Source: Chiloscyllium plagiosum (Eukaryota). From it: a stretch of 47,747 bases of DNA. The translations under genes were made by a program, and so were the position numbers. This document shows positions 36,048 to 47,436 of this stretch, piece after piece. Positions within the stretch are counted from its first letter, which is position 1. Every line of letters begins with the position of its first letter. Below the pieces are notes generated by a model. That model made no database searches. It saw only the letters and a program-made list of their open reading frames with translations, and was not told the origin of the DNA. The DNA lies in NCBI RefSeq assembly GCF_004010195.1, contig NC_057719.1:78728666-78776412 (forward strand), in the 5' to 3' direction.

Positions 36048-37022
36048 TTTTTGTCATTTACATAAATGATTTGGATGCGAGCAGAAGAGGTACTGTTAGT
36101 AGGTTTTGCAGATGACACCAAAATTGGTGTAGTGGATAGCGAAGAAGGTTACCTCAGATTACAACAGGATCTGGACCAGGTGGACCAATGGGCTGAGAAG
36201 TGGCAGATGGAGTTTAATTCAGATAAATTCGAGGTGCTGCATTTTGGGAAAGCAAATCTTAGCAGGACTTATACACTTAATGGTAAGGTCCTAGGGAGTG
36301 TTGCTGAACAAAGAGACCTTGGAGTGCAGGCTCATAGCTCCTTGAAAGTGGAGTCGCAGGTAGATAGGATAGTGAAGAAGGTTGTTATGCTTTCTTTTAT
36401 TGGTCAGAGTACTAAGTACAGGAGTTGGGAGGTCATGTTGCGGCTGTACAGGACATTGGTTAGGCCACTGTTGGAATATTGCGAGCAATTCTGGTCTCCT
36501 TCCCCCTATCGGAAAGATGTTGTGAAACTTGAAAGAGTTCATAAAAGATTTACAAGGATGTTGCCAGGGTTGGAGGATTTGTACTATAAGGAAAGGCTGA
36601 ACAGGCTGGGGCTGTTTTCCCTGGAGCGTCGGAGGCTGAGGGGTGACCTTATAGAAGTTTACAAAATTATGAGGGGCATTGATAAGGTAAATGGCCAAAT
36701 GTCCCTGGGGTCGGGGAGTCCAGAACTAGAGGGCATAGGTTAGGGTGAGAGGAGAAAGATATAAAAGAGACCTAAGGGGCAACCTTTTCACACAGAGGGT
36801 GGTAAGTGTATGGAATGAGCTGCCAGAGGAAGTGGTGGAGGCTGGTACAATTGCGACATTTTAAGAGGTGTTTGGATGGGTATATGAATAGGAAGAGTTT
36901 GGAGGGATATGGGCCAGGTGCTGGCAAGTGGGACTACATTGGGTTGGGATATCTGGTCAGCATGGACGGATTGGACTGAAGGGTCTGTTTCCATGCTGTA
37001 CATCTCTATGACTCTATGACTC
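36048..37022 (+). mobile_element. 5'-truncated CR1/HER1 LINE, relatively young
   Basis: ORF 36066-36743 has RT motif FADDTKIG and continues open through LERRRLRGDLIEVYKIMRG; tail (ctctatga)n. Confidence 0.93.
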
Positions 37023-37654
37023 AGTATGAAAACGTTGCTCCCTCAGGTCCCACTTAAATCTCACCTTAAAAATATACCCCCTGGTTTTGAACTCCCCGAA
37101 CCTAGGGAAAAGACCTTTGCTATCCACCCTCTCTTTGCCCCTGAAGATATTATAAACCTTTATATAGTCAACTCTCAACCTCCTACACTCCAGTAAAAAA
37201 AACGTCCCAACCTATCCTTATAAGTCAAATCCTCCAGTACCGGCACCGTCCTGGTAAATATTTTCTGAACCCTCTCCAATTCGGAGAGTTCTTTCAACTG
37301 TTGTTGCTTTTTGGCTGGGCAGGAAGCCAAAAAGTAGACTTCTGACCACCTCACCCTTATGAAGCTCACAGTCACCTCTGCTGTTTCAAATCAAAGCCTG
37401 TGCCTACAGGGATGGTGTATAATACTGGTGGTACTCTCAATACAGTTGCTTGTGGGCATAGAACTATATCACAATACAATCTCCAATTAGGTACTGAAAC
37501 AATAATCTCCCCTTGACCGGGCGCAGTGTGGCTCAGCTTGGAATGGTCATTTTAATCCTAATCCTGATTCTGGGACGTGCAGCATGTAATTCGGGCAGAT
37601 AGAATTGATTAACTTACTGTGCTAAATTACAACCTTAGCATGCTTGCTACTTGA

Positions 37655-37751
37655 CTTGAGGAAGCGTCACTGGACCCGAAACGTTAACTCCGATTTTGCT
37701 TCACAGATGCTGCTAGACCTGCTGAGCTTTTCCAGCAACTTCTGCTTTTGT
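37655..37751 (+). mobile_element. PLE terminus (family C) with degenerate hammerhead
   Basis: cttgaggaagcgtc(actg)gacccGAAAcgTTaactc...cagatgctgctagacctgctgagcttttccagcaacttctg. Confidence 0.7.
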
Positions 37752-38344
37752 CGTAACTTGATTTGCTGCTTGAACATTGGCTACTTACCCAAGATAGATT
37801 TCCCCCTTATTGCTGACATACTGCATTGTATAAATGCATACAAAATTTTCACAATACAGGGCCATGGATATGCAAAATGATGGAAGATTAGGAAGCTGAG
37901 CCCTCAAATTGTATTTCTGTAGTTTTGCTGATGATTGGAATTAACTCTGAACTTGACACATTAGGTTGAAGAGTCAAGAGGTAATGCTGGAAAAAGCAGG
38001 TATAAATGAGTGAATAAGTTGAATGAATCAATTCATGAATCCTTTCTGATGGGAAAATTCTTCCTTCTTGAGAAATCAAATTAGTTTGTTCAAGGATGTT
38101 CAGCAGAGTCCCTGGAAAGAGGGTATGACATTTTGTTAACTGCGGTACAATGAGATTCATGTAAATTATGATGATGCGACTGATCACATGACTGCTAGCA
38201 GTGAGCGATAGGTCACCAGTCGAGAATGAGCATGTGAAGAGAGAAGCCTGAAAGTACAGCATTGGAGAGCTGTAATTTAAAACCTACTATGTGCTGATAT
38301 AAGTAAAGGAATGTTACTGCACAAACTGAGATGAGGAACCCTGG

Positions 38345-38873
38345 AATCATAGAGATAATTAGTACAGAAGCAGACCCTTTGGTTCTATTCATCCATGCCA
38401 GCCAGATATCCTAACCTAATCTAGTCCCATGTGCCAGCATTTGGCCCATATCCCTCTAAACCCTTCCTATTCATTTACCTGTCAACATGGCTCAAGGGTC
38501 TGTTTCCGTGCTGTACATCTTAATGACTCTATGCATTTTAAATGTTGTAATTGTACCAGCTCCACCACTTCCTGTGGCAGATCATTCCATACACACACCA
38601 TCCTCTGTGAAAAAGTTGCCTGTTTTAAAAGAGTCCTTTTCCCCTCTCACCTGAAACCTATGCCTTCTTGTTTTTGACTTCCCCACCCCAGGTAAAAATC
38701 CTTATCCATTTACATTCATGCTTATCATGACTTTAAAAATCTCTACAGGGTCACTCCTCAGCCTCCCATGCTCCATGGAAAAAGCCCCAGCCTATTCAAC
38801 CTCTCCCTATAGCTTAAACCCTCCTTGTAAATCTTCTCTGAACTTTTTCAAGTTTCACAACATCCTCCCTATA
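38345..38873 (-). mobile_element. CR1/HER1 3' fragment containing an inverted 3'-tail piece (about 38480-38533)
   Basis: Antisense HER1 3' UTR interrupted by sense-strand aagggtctgtttccgtgctgtacatcttaatgactctatg. Confidence 0.8.
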
Positions 38874-39595
38874 GCCTAATTAGAGATCAGGAGCAAGCTG
38901 CATGTGCAAGGACAGTGTAAGTGCAGGCACCCACAGCCTTAGACACATCAGACCAGTACCTCAATGTGCAAGTTGCAATATTGGCTTAAAACAAGGGTGT
39001 GCAGAGGACCTATTATATGCTTGAATATTTTGATGATCTTGGATATTATAAAATGAATAACTTATCTCACAGTTCTCTCTTGTAAACCATTCTGTGCTAA
39101 TCACTGACCTATCAGAGTCTTCAGCTCTTGCTATACAAATCTATAACATTTAATAGTCATCTCCTTATACTCCTTTCAAATTTGATAGCATCCACACTCC
39201 CCTTCCTTGCTTGTTAATGAAAGACTGACAGTTTGGATTGAAGTCCCATCCTAGTCAGTTGTTGTAAGTGGGGGAAATAAATTGGAAAATTACAATAGAG
39301 TATTGCCTTTTTCTCGAAGCGACAATTGTTTCATTAGAATCTCACATATCCATACAGAAAACCAATGTACACCTTGATGTATTTGCTAACTTGCACTTTG
39401 GAAGGACTTTGAGAACCAACCATTGCAGACTCTGTTGCACAAACAAGCGAATGTGCTTTTCGATAATGAGAAATCTCCAAATGCAATAAATAGGTAGAAG
39501 GAGTGGGTCAGAAATTAGAAAGCCCTTGGGTAAAACTCAATCATGGTAAGACAGTGATTGCTCAAATTATAATTGTTTCATTCCTTTTTTCACAG

Positions 39596-39702
39596 GTGAA
39601 GCAATACACTTAGGAAGTCTCATCGCTGCACAAGGGTACCTGTTCCCAATCTCAGACCACGTGCTGACATTAAAGGATGATGGTACATTCTACAGATTTC
39701 AG
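39596..39702 (+). CDS. RGS6: Internal coding exon (107 bp, phase 1-0) of RGS6, DEP domain
   Basis: Acceptor ttcattccttttttcacag; donor cag|gtgagt. Translates (G)[49 protein letters not shown] fits RGS6 better than RGS7 (EALHLGTLMAAHGY). R7-family identity is near certain; the paralog call is slightly less so. Confidence 0.92.
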
Positions 39703-39906
39703 GTGAGTAAGCATCTCATCTTCTCTAGAATCAGCACACCCTTCTCTAAGACACTTTAAACATTAAAAATGTTTGCCTGTCAATGTTGAACACTATTCCA
39801 GTGTTTATTCCATTGTCTCTTTGATGCATTCCCATCAACTCCATTCAATCTACCTTGACAAGACCAGGAGATTCCACATCCCTGGTCTTTCAGCTAATAA
39901 GAGCAA

Positions 39907-40111
39907 AGTCAGAAATCACACAACACCAGGTTATAATCAAACAGGTTTATTTGAAATCACAAGCTTTCAGAATGCTGCTCCTTGTCAGCTGAAGAATGAG
40001 CAGCGCTCTGAAAGCTTGTGATTTCAAATAAACCTGTTGGACTGTAACCTGGTGTCGTATGACTTCTGACTTTGTCCACCCCAGTCCAACACTGGAACCT
40101 CCACATCAGAG
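39907..40111. mobile_element. Family-B PLE-derived fold-back element, 9-bp TSD
   Basis: Arms about 39904-39988 and 39989-40074 centred on tcagctga; CTGAAGA...gagcagcgctctGAAAgcTT; TSD taagagcaa at 39898-39906 and 40112-40120. Confidence 0.82.
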
Positions 40112-40929
40112 TAAGAGCAAGACTAGGGGCTAATCTGCCTTGTCCCATCAAGGCCAGTGTCATATCTGGAACCTATGATATGGATTGAATTTTTAAATTA
40201 GGAAATTTGTTTGGATTTAGCCTCACGGAATGGGATGCAGGAGCAACCTCTGGGTAGGGGAAGATTTATTTCAAGCGCCCCGTCTTAAACTCTGCAGTCT
40301 TCCCGCAACCTAGCGAGTCCCACATCTGCCAAGCACAAGACAGTCCCTTTAACTTAGCAGGGTGTGGAGCCAGGCATAAAAAAAGTGTAAGGGGCCCATG
40401 TACTTAAGTATTATATTATAGTTATAGTCTGTAACTATAATAGTAAATTAGTGGGAAGGTTGCTCAGTCTTCTCTTTCCCATCAGCAGCAGCACATTGAC
40501 TTTCTGCCCTTCACAATGTATGTAGAGGGAATAGCAGTTGGTTTTTTTTCTGGTGCAGACATCGGTCATCACCACTGTGGAAATGATGGCGTCTCCCTCT
40601 CACACCATGGACTTTGGCAGCTCAGTGCATCTTAACAATGACATTTGAATGTGCATTGTTTCAGAGTGTCTCAAGACCTCTGTGCTTCAAACTGTTAAAA
40701 ATAAAATCATTCCATGTAATGATCCATGCGAAAAGCTGCAAGCTGAGTAGAAATAGAGTATTTGTCAGCTTACCAGATAGTTATTATTGCAGAACATTCT
40801 GCCCATCACAAGAATCCTTCAGCAGAAGCAGCAGTGAGGGAAATCTCCAGGAGTGTGCTCTTAACATCAACTGTGAACATATTAAACTGTATTCAACTGA
40901 ATGACAAATTGGGCTTCTCTCTAATTAAC

Positions 40930-41082
40930 CACTGAAAGTGGTTTACCTGAGGGTCACTACTCCTCAGCTGAGGTTGAGAAGATTGGGCCTTCATGGTGAC
41001 CTCATTCAGTATGGAAATTGAACCCACACTGTTGGCATTACTTTGCATCGCAAACCAGCCGTCCAGCCAACTGAGCTAACCC
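40930..41082 (-). mobile_element. tRNA-derived SINE (second family), 5' part
   Basis: Minus strand ggttagctcagttgg (A box) ... gggttcaatttcc (B box) ... gaggtcaccatgaagg ... gtgaccctcaggtaaaccac. Confidence 0.7.
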
Positions 41083-41500
41083 ATCCCTTTTGGTATAGTA
41101 TCACATTTCCATTATGAATATTGACCTAAAACATTGTATGGCAGTTAATAATTGCTTTTAAAGAATATTGATTTGAGGACTATTTTACAGTGCAGTTATT
41201 TAACTGAAACTTTATTCATAGTTAATGAAAACAGCAACTTAAATGAAATATTAGTACTTTGCTTGGCTGGCAGTTTTAATGTATTCTTCCTTTCAATTCC
41301 CCAGCTACAAAGTGACTTTAACTATCAAGTGGCTTCAGTAATACTGAAGACCACAAATCACATTCAGATCAGACTCACAGTAAATAAAGTTTCCTAAAGA
41401 TCCTAAGGGAAAGAATGCATTCTGTTGTGTTACTGCTATAGGATCTGCAGAAGGATGAAATAAAAATCAAGACACAGCAGTTCCACTTCTGAAGCTCTAC

Positions 41501-44500
41501 ATGGAGTAGTCAGAGATATACAACTCAGAAACAGACCCTTCGGTCCTATTCATCCATGCTGAGCAGATTTGCCAACCCAATCTAGTCCCACCTCCCAGCA
41601 CCCGGCCCATATCTCTCCAAACACTTCCTATTCATATACCCATCTAAACCCTTCCTATTCATATACCCTTTTAAATGTTGCAATTGTACTAGCCTCCACC
41701 ACTTCCTCTGGCAGCTCATTCCATTCACGTACCACTCTCTGTGTAAAATAGTCGCCCAATAAGTCACTTTTATATCTTTCCCCTCTCACCCTAAACCTAT
41801 GACCTCTAGTTGTAGACTCCCCCACTCCAGGGAAAAAACTTTGTCTATTTATCATATCCATGCCCGTCATGATTTTATAAACCTCTGTCAAGTCACCCTT
41901 CAACCTCCGACCCTCCAGGGAAAACAGCCCCAACCTATTCAACCTCTCCCTATACCTCAAACCCTCCAACCCTGGCAGCATCCTTGTAAATCTTTTCTGA
42001 ACCCTTTCAAGTTTCACAACATCCTTCCAGCAGGGAGGAGACCAGAATTGCACGCAATATTCCAACAGTGGCCTGACCAATGTCCTGTATAGCCACAACA
42101 TGACCTCCCAACTCCTGTACTCAATACTCTGACCAAGAAAGGAAAACATACCAAACGCCTCCTTCACTATCCTATCTACCTGCGACTCCACTTTCAAGGA
42201 GCTATGAACCTGCATTCCAAGGTCTTTGTTCAGCAACATTCCCTAGGACCTTACTAGTGTATAAGTCCTGCTAAGATTTGCTTTCCCAAAATTGAGCACC
42301 TCGCATTTATCTAAATTAAACTACATCTGCCACCCTTCAGCCCATTGACCTATCTCATCAAGATCCCATTGTAATCTGAGGTAACCTTCTTTGCTGTCTA
42401 CTACACCTCCAATTTTGGTGTCATTGCAAACTTATTAAATATACCTCTTATGCTCATATCAGAATCTTTTCTATAAATGATGAAAAGCAGTGGACTTAGC
42501 ACTCTTCCTTGTGGCACTCCACTGGTCACAGGCCTCCTATCTGAAAAACAACCATCCGCCACCACCCTCTGTCTTCTACCTTTGAGCCAATTCTGTATCC
42601 AAATGGCTAGTTCTCCCTGTATTCCATGAGATCTAACCTTGCCGACCAGTCTCCCATGAGGAACCTTGTCGAACGCCTGACTAAAGTTCATATAGATCAT
42701 ATGGTTCCTGATGAAGGACTTTTGCCCAAAACATTGATTTTCCTGCTCCTAGAATGCTGCCTGACCTGCTGTGCTTTTTCAGCACCACTCTAATCTGGAT
42801 TCTAATCTCCAGCATCTGCAGTACCCACCTCCGCCTCCACATGGATCACGTCCACCACTCTGCCCTCATCAATCCTCTTTGTTACTTCTTCAAAAAAACT
42901 CAATCAAGTTCATGAGACATGATTTCCCACGCACAAAGCCATGTTCACTATCCCAATGAGTCCCTGCATTTCCAAATACATGTACATCCTGTCCCTCAGG
43001 ATTCCCTCCAACAACTTGCCCACCACCGAGGTGAGGCTCACTGGTCCACAGCTCCCTGGCTTGTCCTTACCACCCTTCTTAAATAGTGACATCACATTAG
43101 ACAAACTCCTGTATTCTATCATCTCACCTGTGGCTATCGATGATACAAATATGTCTTCAAGGGCCCCAGCAATCACTTCTTTGGTTTCCCACAGAGTTAT
43201 AGTGTACACCTGATCAGGTCCTGGGGATTTACCCACTTTTATGTGTTTCAAAACATCCAACACTTCCTCCTCCTTTTCAAGATGTCACCATCTATTTCTC
43301 TACATTCTATATCTTCCATGTCCTTTTCCATGAACACTGATGCAAAATACTCTTAGTATCTCCTGCAGCTCCACATAAATGTTACCTTGCTGATCTTTGA
43401 GGGGCCCTATTCTCTCCCTAGTTACCCTTTTGTCCTTAATGTATTTGTAAAAACCCTTTGGATTCTCCATTTGCCAAAGCTATTTCATGTCCCATTTTTG
43501 CCCTCCTGATTTCCCTCTTAAGTATACTCTCAGGATTCACTCAATCTATCTTGTCTATACCTGACATATGCTTCCTTCTTTTTCTTAACCAAACCCTCAT
43601 TTTCTTTCGTCATCCAGTATTCCCTACAACTACCAGTCTTTCCTTTCACCCTAACAGGAATGTAATGACTCTGGACTCTCGTTATCTCATTTCTGAAGGC
43701 TTCCCATTTTCCAGCTCTCCCTTCACCCGAGAACATCTGCCCCGAATCAGATTTTGAAAGTTCTTAGCTAATGCCATCAAAATTAGCCTTCCTTCAATTT
43801 AGAACTTCACCTTTTAGATCTGGTCTATCCTTTTCCATCATTATTTTAAAACTAATAGAATTATGGTCGCTGGTGCCAGAGTGCTTCCCCACTGACACCT
43901 CAGTCACCTGCCCTGTCTTATTTCCCAAGAGTAGGTCAAACTTTGCACCTTTTCTAGTAGGTACATCCACATACCGAATCAGAAAATTTTCTTGTACACA
44001 CTTAACAAATTCCTCTCCATCTAAACTCTTAACACTAAGGCAGTCCCAGTCTATGTCTGGAAAGTTAAAATTCCCTCCCATAACCACCCTATTATTCTTA
44101 CAGATAACTGAGATCTCCTTACAAATTTGTTTCTCAATTTCCTTCTGACTATTAGGGGTTTATAATACAATCCCAATAAGGCGATCATCCGTTTCTTATT
44201 TCTCAGTTCAACTCAAATAACTTCCCTGGATGTATTCCAGGAATATCCTCTCTCAGTACAGCTGTAAAGCTATCCCTTACCAAAAACGCCACTCCCCCTC
44301 CTCTCTTGCCTCCCTTTCTATCCTTCCTGTCGCATTTGTATCCTGACCATCCCTGAGCCATGTTTCTGTAATTGCTATGATATCCCAGTCCCATGTTCCT
44401 AACCATGCCCTGAGCTCATCTGCCTTCCCTGTTAGACCTCTTGCATTGCAGTAAATGCAGTTTAATTTATCAGTTCTACCTTGTTCTCTGCTTTATTCCT

Positions 44501-44580
44501 GCCTGCCCTGACTGTTGGACTTACTTATTTTCTCAAGTGTCAAATTGATCTCTTTCCTCACTATCTCCCTGGGTCCCACC
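41501..44580 (-). mobile_element. CR1/HER1 LINE covering decayed ORF2 and 3' UTR
   Basis: Endonuclease (GGNFNFPDIDW, TSDHNSI), RT (FSQAFDKVPHGRL, SGVPQG) and C-terminus; candidate imperfect TSD ctgaagct(tt)ctac at 41489-41500 and 44580-44593. Confidence 0.93.
42703..42836 (+). mobile_element. Solo family-A PLE terminus inserted in the HER1 RT region
   Basis: ttcCTGATGAaggacttttgcccaaaacattgattttcctgctcc...ccagcatctgcagtacccac; diverged TSD tcatatagatca / ccacatggatca. Confidence 0.82.
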
Positions 44581-44929
44581 TGAAGCTTTCTACCAGGGAC
44601 AGAGAACATCAGGAAAATGAAGACCCATCATGAATTAGAGGGTCACAGATGACCTATTTGAATTTATATTTCTTAAAAGTTATAGAGCCAAGACTGCGAT
44701 TTCTGAGAGACTTTGTTGTCTGAGCAGATAATGGATTTGCTTATTGCTTCAATGCATACTGATGCTTTCCAAAAAGACCTCTTGGAGAAAAAGAAAAAAT
44801 CAATATATTGACACATTTAGTGTTCCTTCGAAGCTGTGCAGCTGAAAGTCACTCTGAAGTTCCTTCAAGTTTGATGATTGGTGTGCCGATGTATTGATGT
44901 CCAGTTTTGGAAATCAGTGCTGTGCATGG

Positions 44930-46860
44930 ATATCAATGGTTCATGCCCTGAAACAAAGAATTAAAGGGAGTATTGAACATATTGCTAAAATATAAAGCCG
45001 CTGTAGCCAGATAATGATATCTGCAAGCAATAGGTGCAGGTATCAGTATTGCCACAGTATTCAGGACACAGAAAACAAACAGTTGTCTGGGAGGTGCAAT
45101 CAGTTGCAACGACTGCAAAGCTGTCCTGCATTCCAAAATCTTTGCAAGTCGTGCAGTGTAAAAGGATGCTGGACTCACCTTTGCAAGAAATCCTTTTCCA
45201 AAGATTCAACCAGAGGCTACAAATGAACACAACCAAATAAAAAAAAATCATAAGTAACATACTGGCACCAACAGCAGGGAGGGCACCAGACACCTTCATA
45301 AGAGCAAGCACTGACACAGTTTGCAGCAGGGCAGACCAGCGTGAAGGTACAGAGTGGAGAGAAGGCAAACAGGTTTTCCATGTGATTGTAACACATCGTC
45401 AGGCTTCGTCCACACAATTAGAAACTTTTCTCACTGTTAATATCACATGCCTGAATAAAATTGGGAAGTACACATTGAAGACCAAAAAGAGCTAGTGCAA
45501 ATATCCTATCAATCAGACACATCAGTATGATGTGTATCTCGATCATTAGAAGTCAATGGTACAAGCTACAACAGCAAAATTGACCAAACATCATGGGACA
45601 CCCATCCCTAGTATTGGTACATTAACAATGAACTGCAGTGAAGGCAGTTCTGCATGGAAACCACAAATATTTGGACACTAGTGGATCAGCCATAGCAGGA
45701 CTGCCAGCATGTGTGGAACTCAACATTACGACTATTCAAAAATCACCAAGATATTAATTGCAGAAGAATAGGCCAAGAGCATCTACATTGAGTTTGCCCG
45801 TGACATACAATAAATATACCCAGAAAGATTCAATGCCAGAGGAACCGTCAAATGTGATTCTGTATTGCACCTCAAGGAAAATGCAAATATGACAATAAAC
45901 CCACCCAGAAAATTCAGTGTTCACATATAAGAGAAGTGTAAATGTAAGCCATATAATCTGTTGTATACATTAGCACACACGCTGTACAATATAATGTCAT
46001 GCTAATGAAAGATGGCAGAGTATATTTGGATCCAAGGTGTCTGAACATTTCTCTAAAGAGATGCCCACACAAAATTCCCAACATTTGAGAAATTGATTCC
46101 CATATTCACAGGAATGAACTCCTACATTTGGATCAAATAGTCTGAGACAGGTGTAATTCAGTTATTTAAACATGGAATGATGAGGTAGACAGATTTTTAA
46201 TTAGTAAGGAATTCAAGGTTTATGGAGAAAAAGCTAAGAAATAGAACTGAGGGTTATCAGATCAACCATAATCTCATTGAATGGCATTGCTGGCTATTCC
46301 TGCACTGACCTGGGTGTCGACTCAGACACCAGGCTCTGGAGGAATGGCCTCACCTGGCTGTTTTTTACAAAGAAGACTGTTCTCCATTCCACCACCACAT
46401 CTCCTCCTCAACCAGTATCTCCTGCCAGGGAAACGCCATTTTTTCCATTCTCCGACATCGTCTGGGAATATCTTGACTGAGCAGGGTGGCTTTGGAATGT
46501 TAGTGCATGTCTGAGTGCACAGCAGCCTCTTAAAGGCTGGGGCCACACAGAATCTCTGCCTTCCACCAGATGTCCACTGAGTGTTCTGGGAATGGTGTGC
46601 AGTATAATAGAGTTAGAATTGGATATCAGATATGCCATGGGAGCAGGATAAGTAGTTGATAAGGTGAGTTTGGTAGGGTACAGTGAAACAGCTCATCAGA
46701 CCTCGTAGCAGAAATCCAAAAAAACCAAAACAATTCATACTTAGCAAAAAACATAAGGTTCCAGCCATTATTCAGTCTATTCTATGTTCCTGAAGCAATC
46801 ATATCTGACAATGGGTCACACTTTGCAGGCTGACCTTTTAGGGACATGTGTACCAAAAGG
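44930..46860 (+). mobile_element. Decayed Gypsy-type LTR retrotransposon internal region
   Basis: In order: gag knuckle CPAFQNLCKSCSVKGCWTHLC, protease flanks ASANIL and GSAIAGLPACVEL, RT start INPPRKFSVHI and VYLDPRCLNISLKRCPHKIP, integrase VPEAIISDNGSHF (46786-46824). No LTRs recognised. Confidence 0.75.
46140..46292 (+). mobile_element. CR1 3' end fragment
   Basis: gaggtagacagatttttaattagtaagggaattcaagg-like segment ... tcagatcaaccataatctcattgaatggc. Confidence 0.7.
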
Positions 46861-47436
46861 AGGATATACAATGCGACAGTTCTACCACACCATCCCAGAG
46901 GCAACAGTCTCATATTTAACAAAAATGAAAAATGCAAACATGATTAAACGTGAAAAGATAGTACCCTCTCCCATCTGCTCATGCACAAAGCTTACTGATG
47001 GTGCACTTCCAACAATCCCTTCCTTAAATCAAGCTGAGGTGACTCAAACTGGTTAAGCTTCATTAGCAATCAACACCTGTTGGGGCCCTAGTCAGACTTC
47101 AGGTGATTGACAGTTCACTACCACTCAGTCAGCTACCTTATTAATCTTTAAAGCACTTGCCATGAAATGCAGGGTGTCAAAGTGGGGCACTCATGAACAA
47201 GCTGCACCCAATAGCGACATCTGTGGTTATGGGCTTACTGTCACCCGATAGAGGTCATATTTAGAAGGCTATTGAGGACAATCCTGCCAAGCCCTCACCT
47301 GTCCAAGTTTTCAGAAATACAGGACAAACTTCCCAAAAACTAAGGGAGAATCATTAAGTTAGACCACTGTTATATGGGTCTGATCTATGTAGAAGACTGA
47401 AGGTCAGAGTAATGCTTCCTACCCAAGGATGAAACT

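Larger units (their letters stand above)
35590..37280 (-). mobile_element. Older CR1 3' fragment split by HE1 and HER1 insertions
   Basis: Pieces 35590-35645, 35916-36047 and 37023-37280 form one antisense CR1 3' end. Confidence 0.7.

Noticed and set aside
39860..39889. 9-bp stem aagaccagg/cctggtctt
   Set aside because: Expected by chance in a window of this size.
40401..40442. Small AT-rich palindromes (tacttaagta; tattatagtta/taactataata)
   Set aside because: Short, low complexity and without supporting context.
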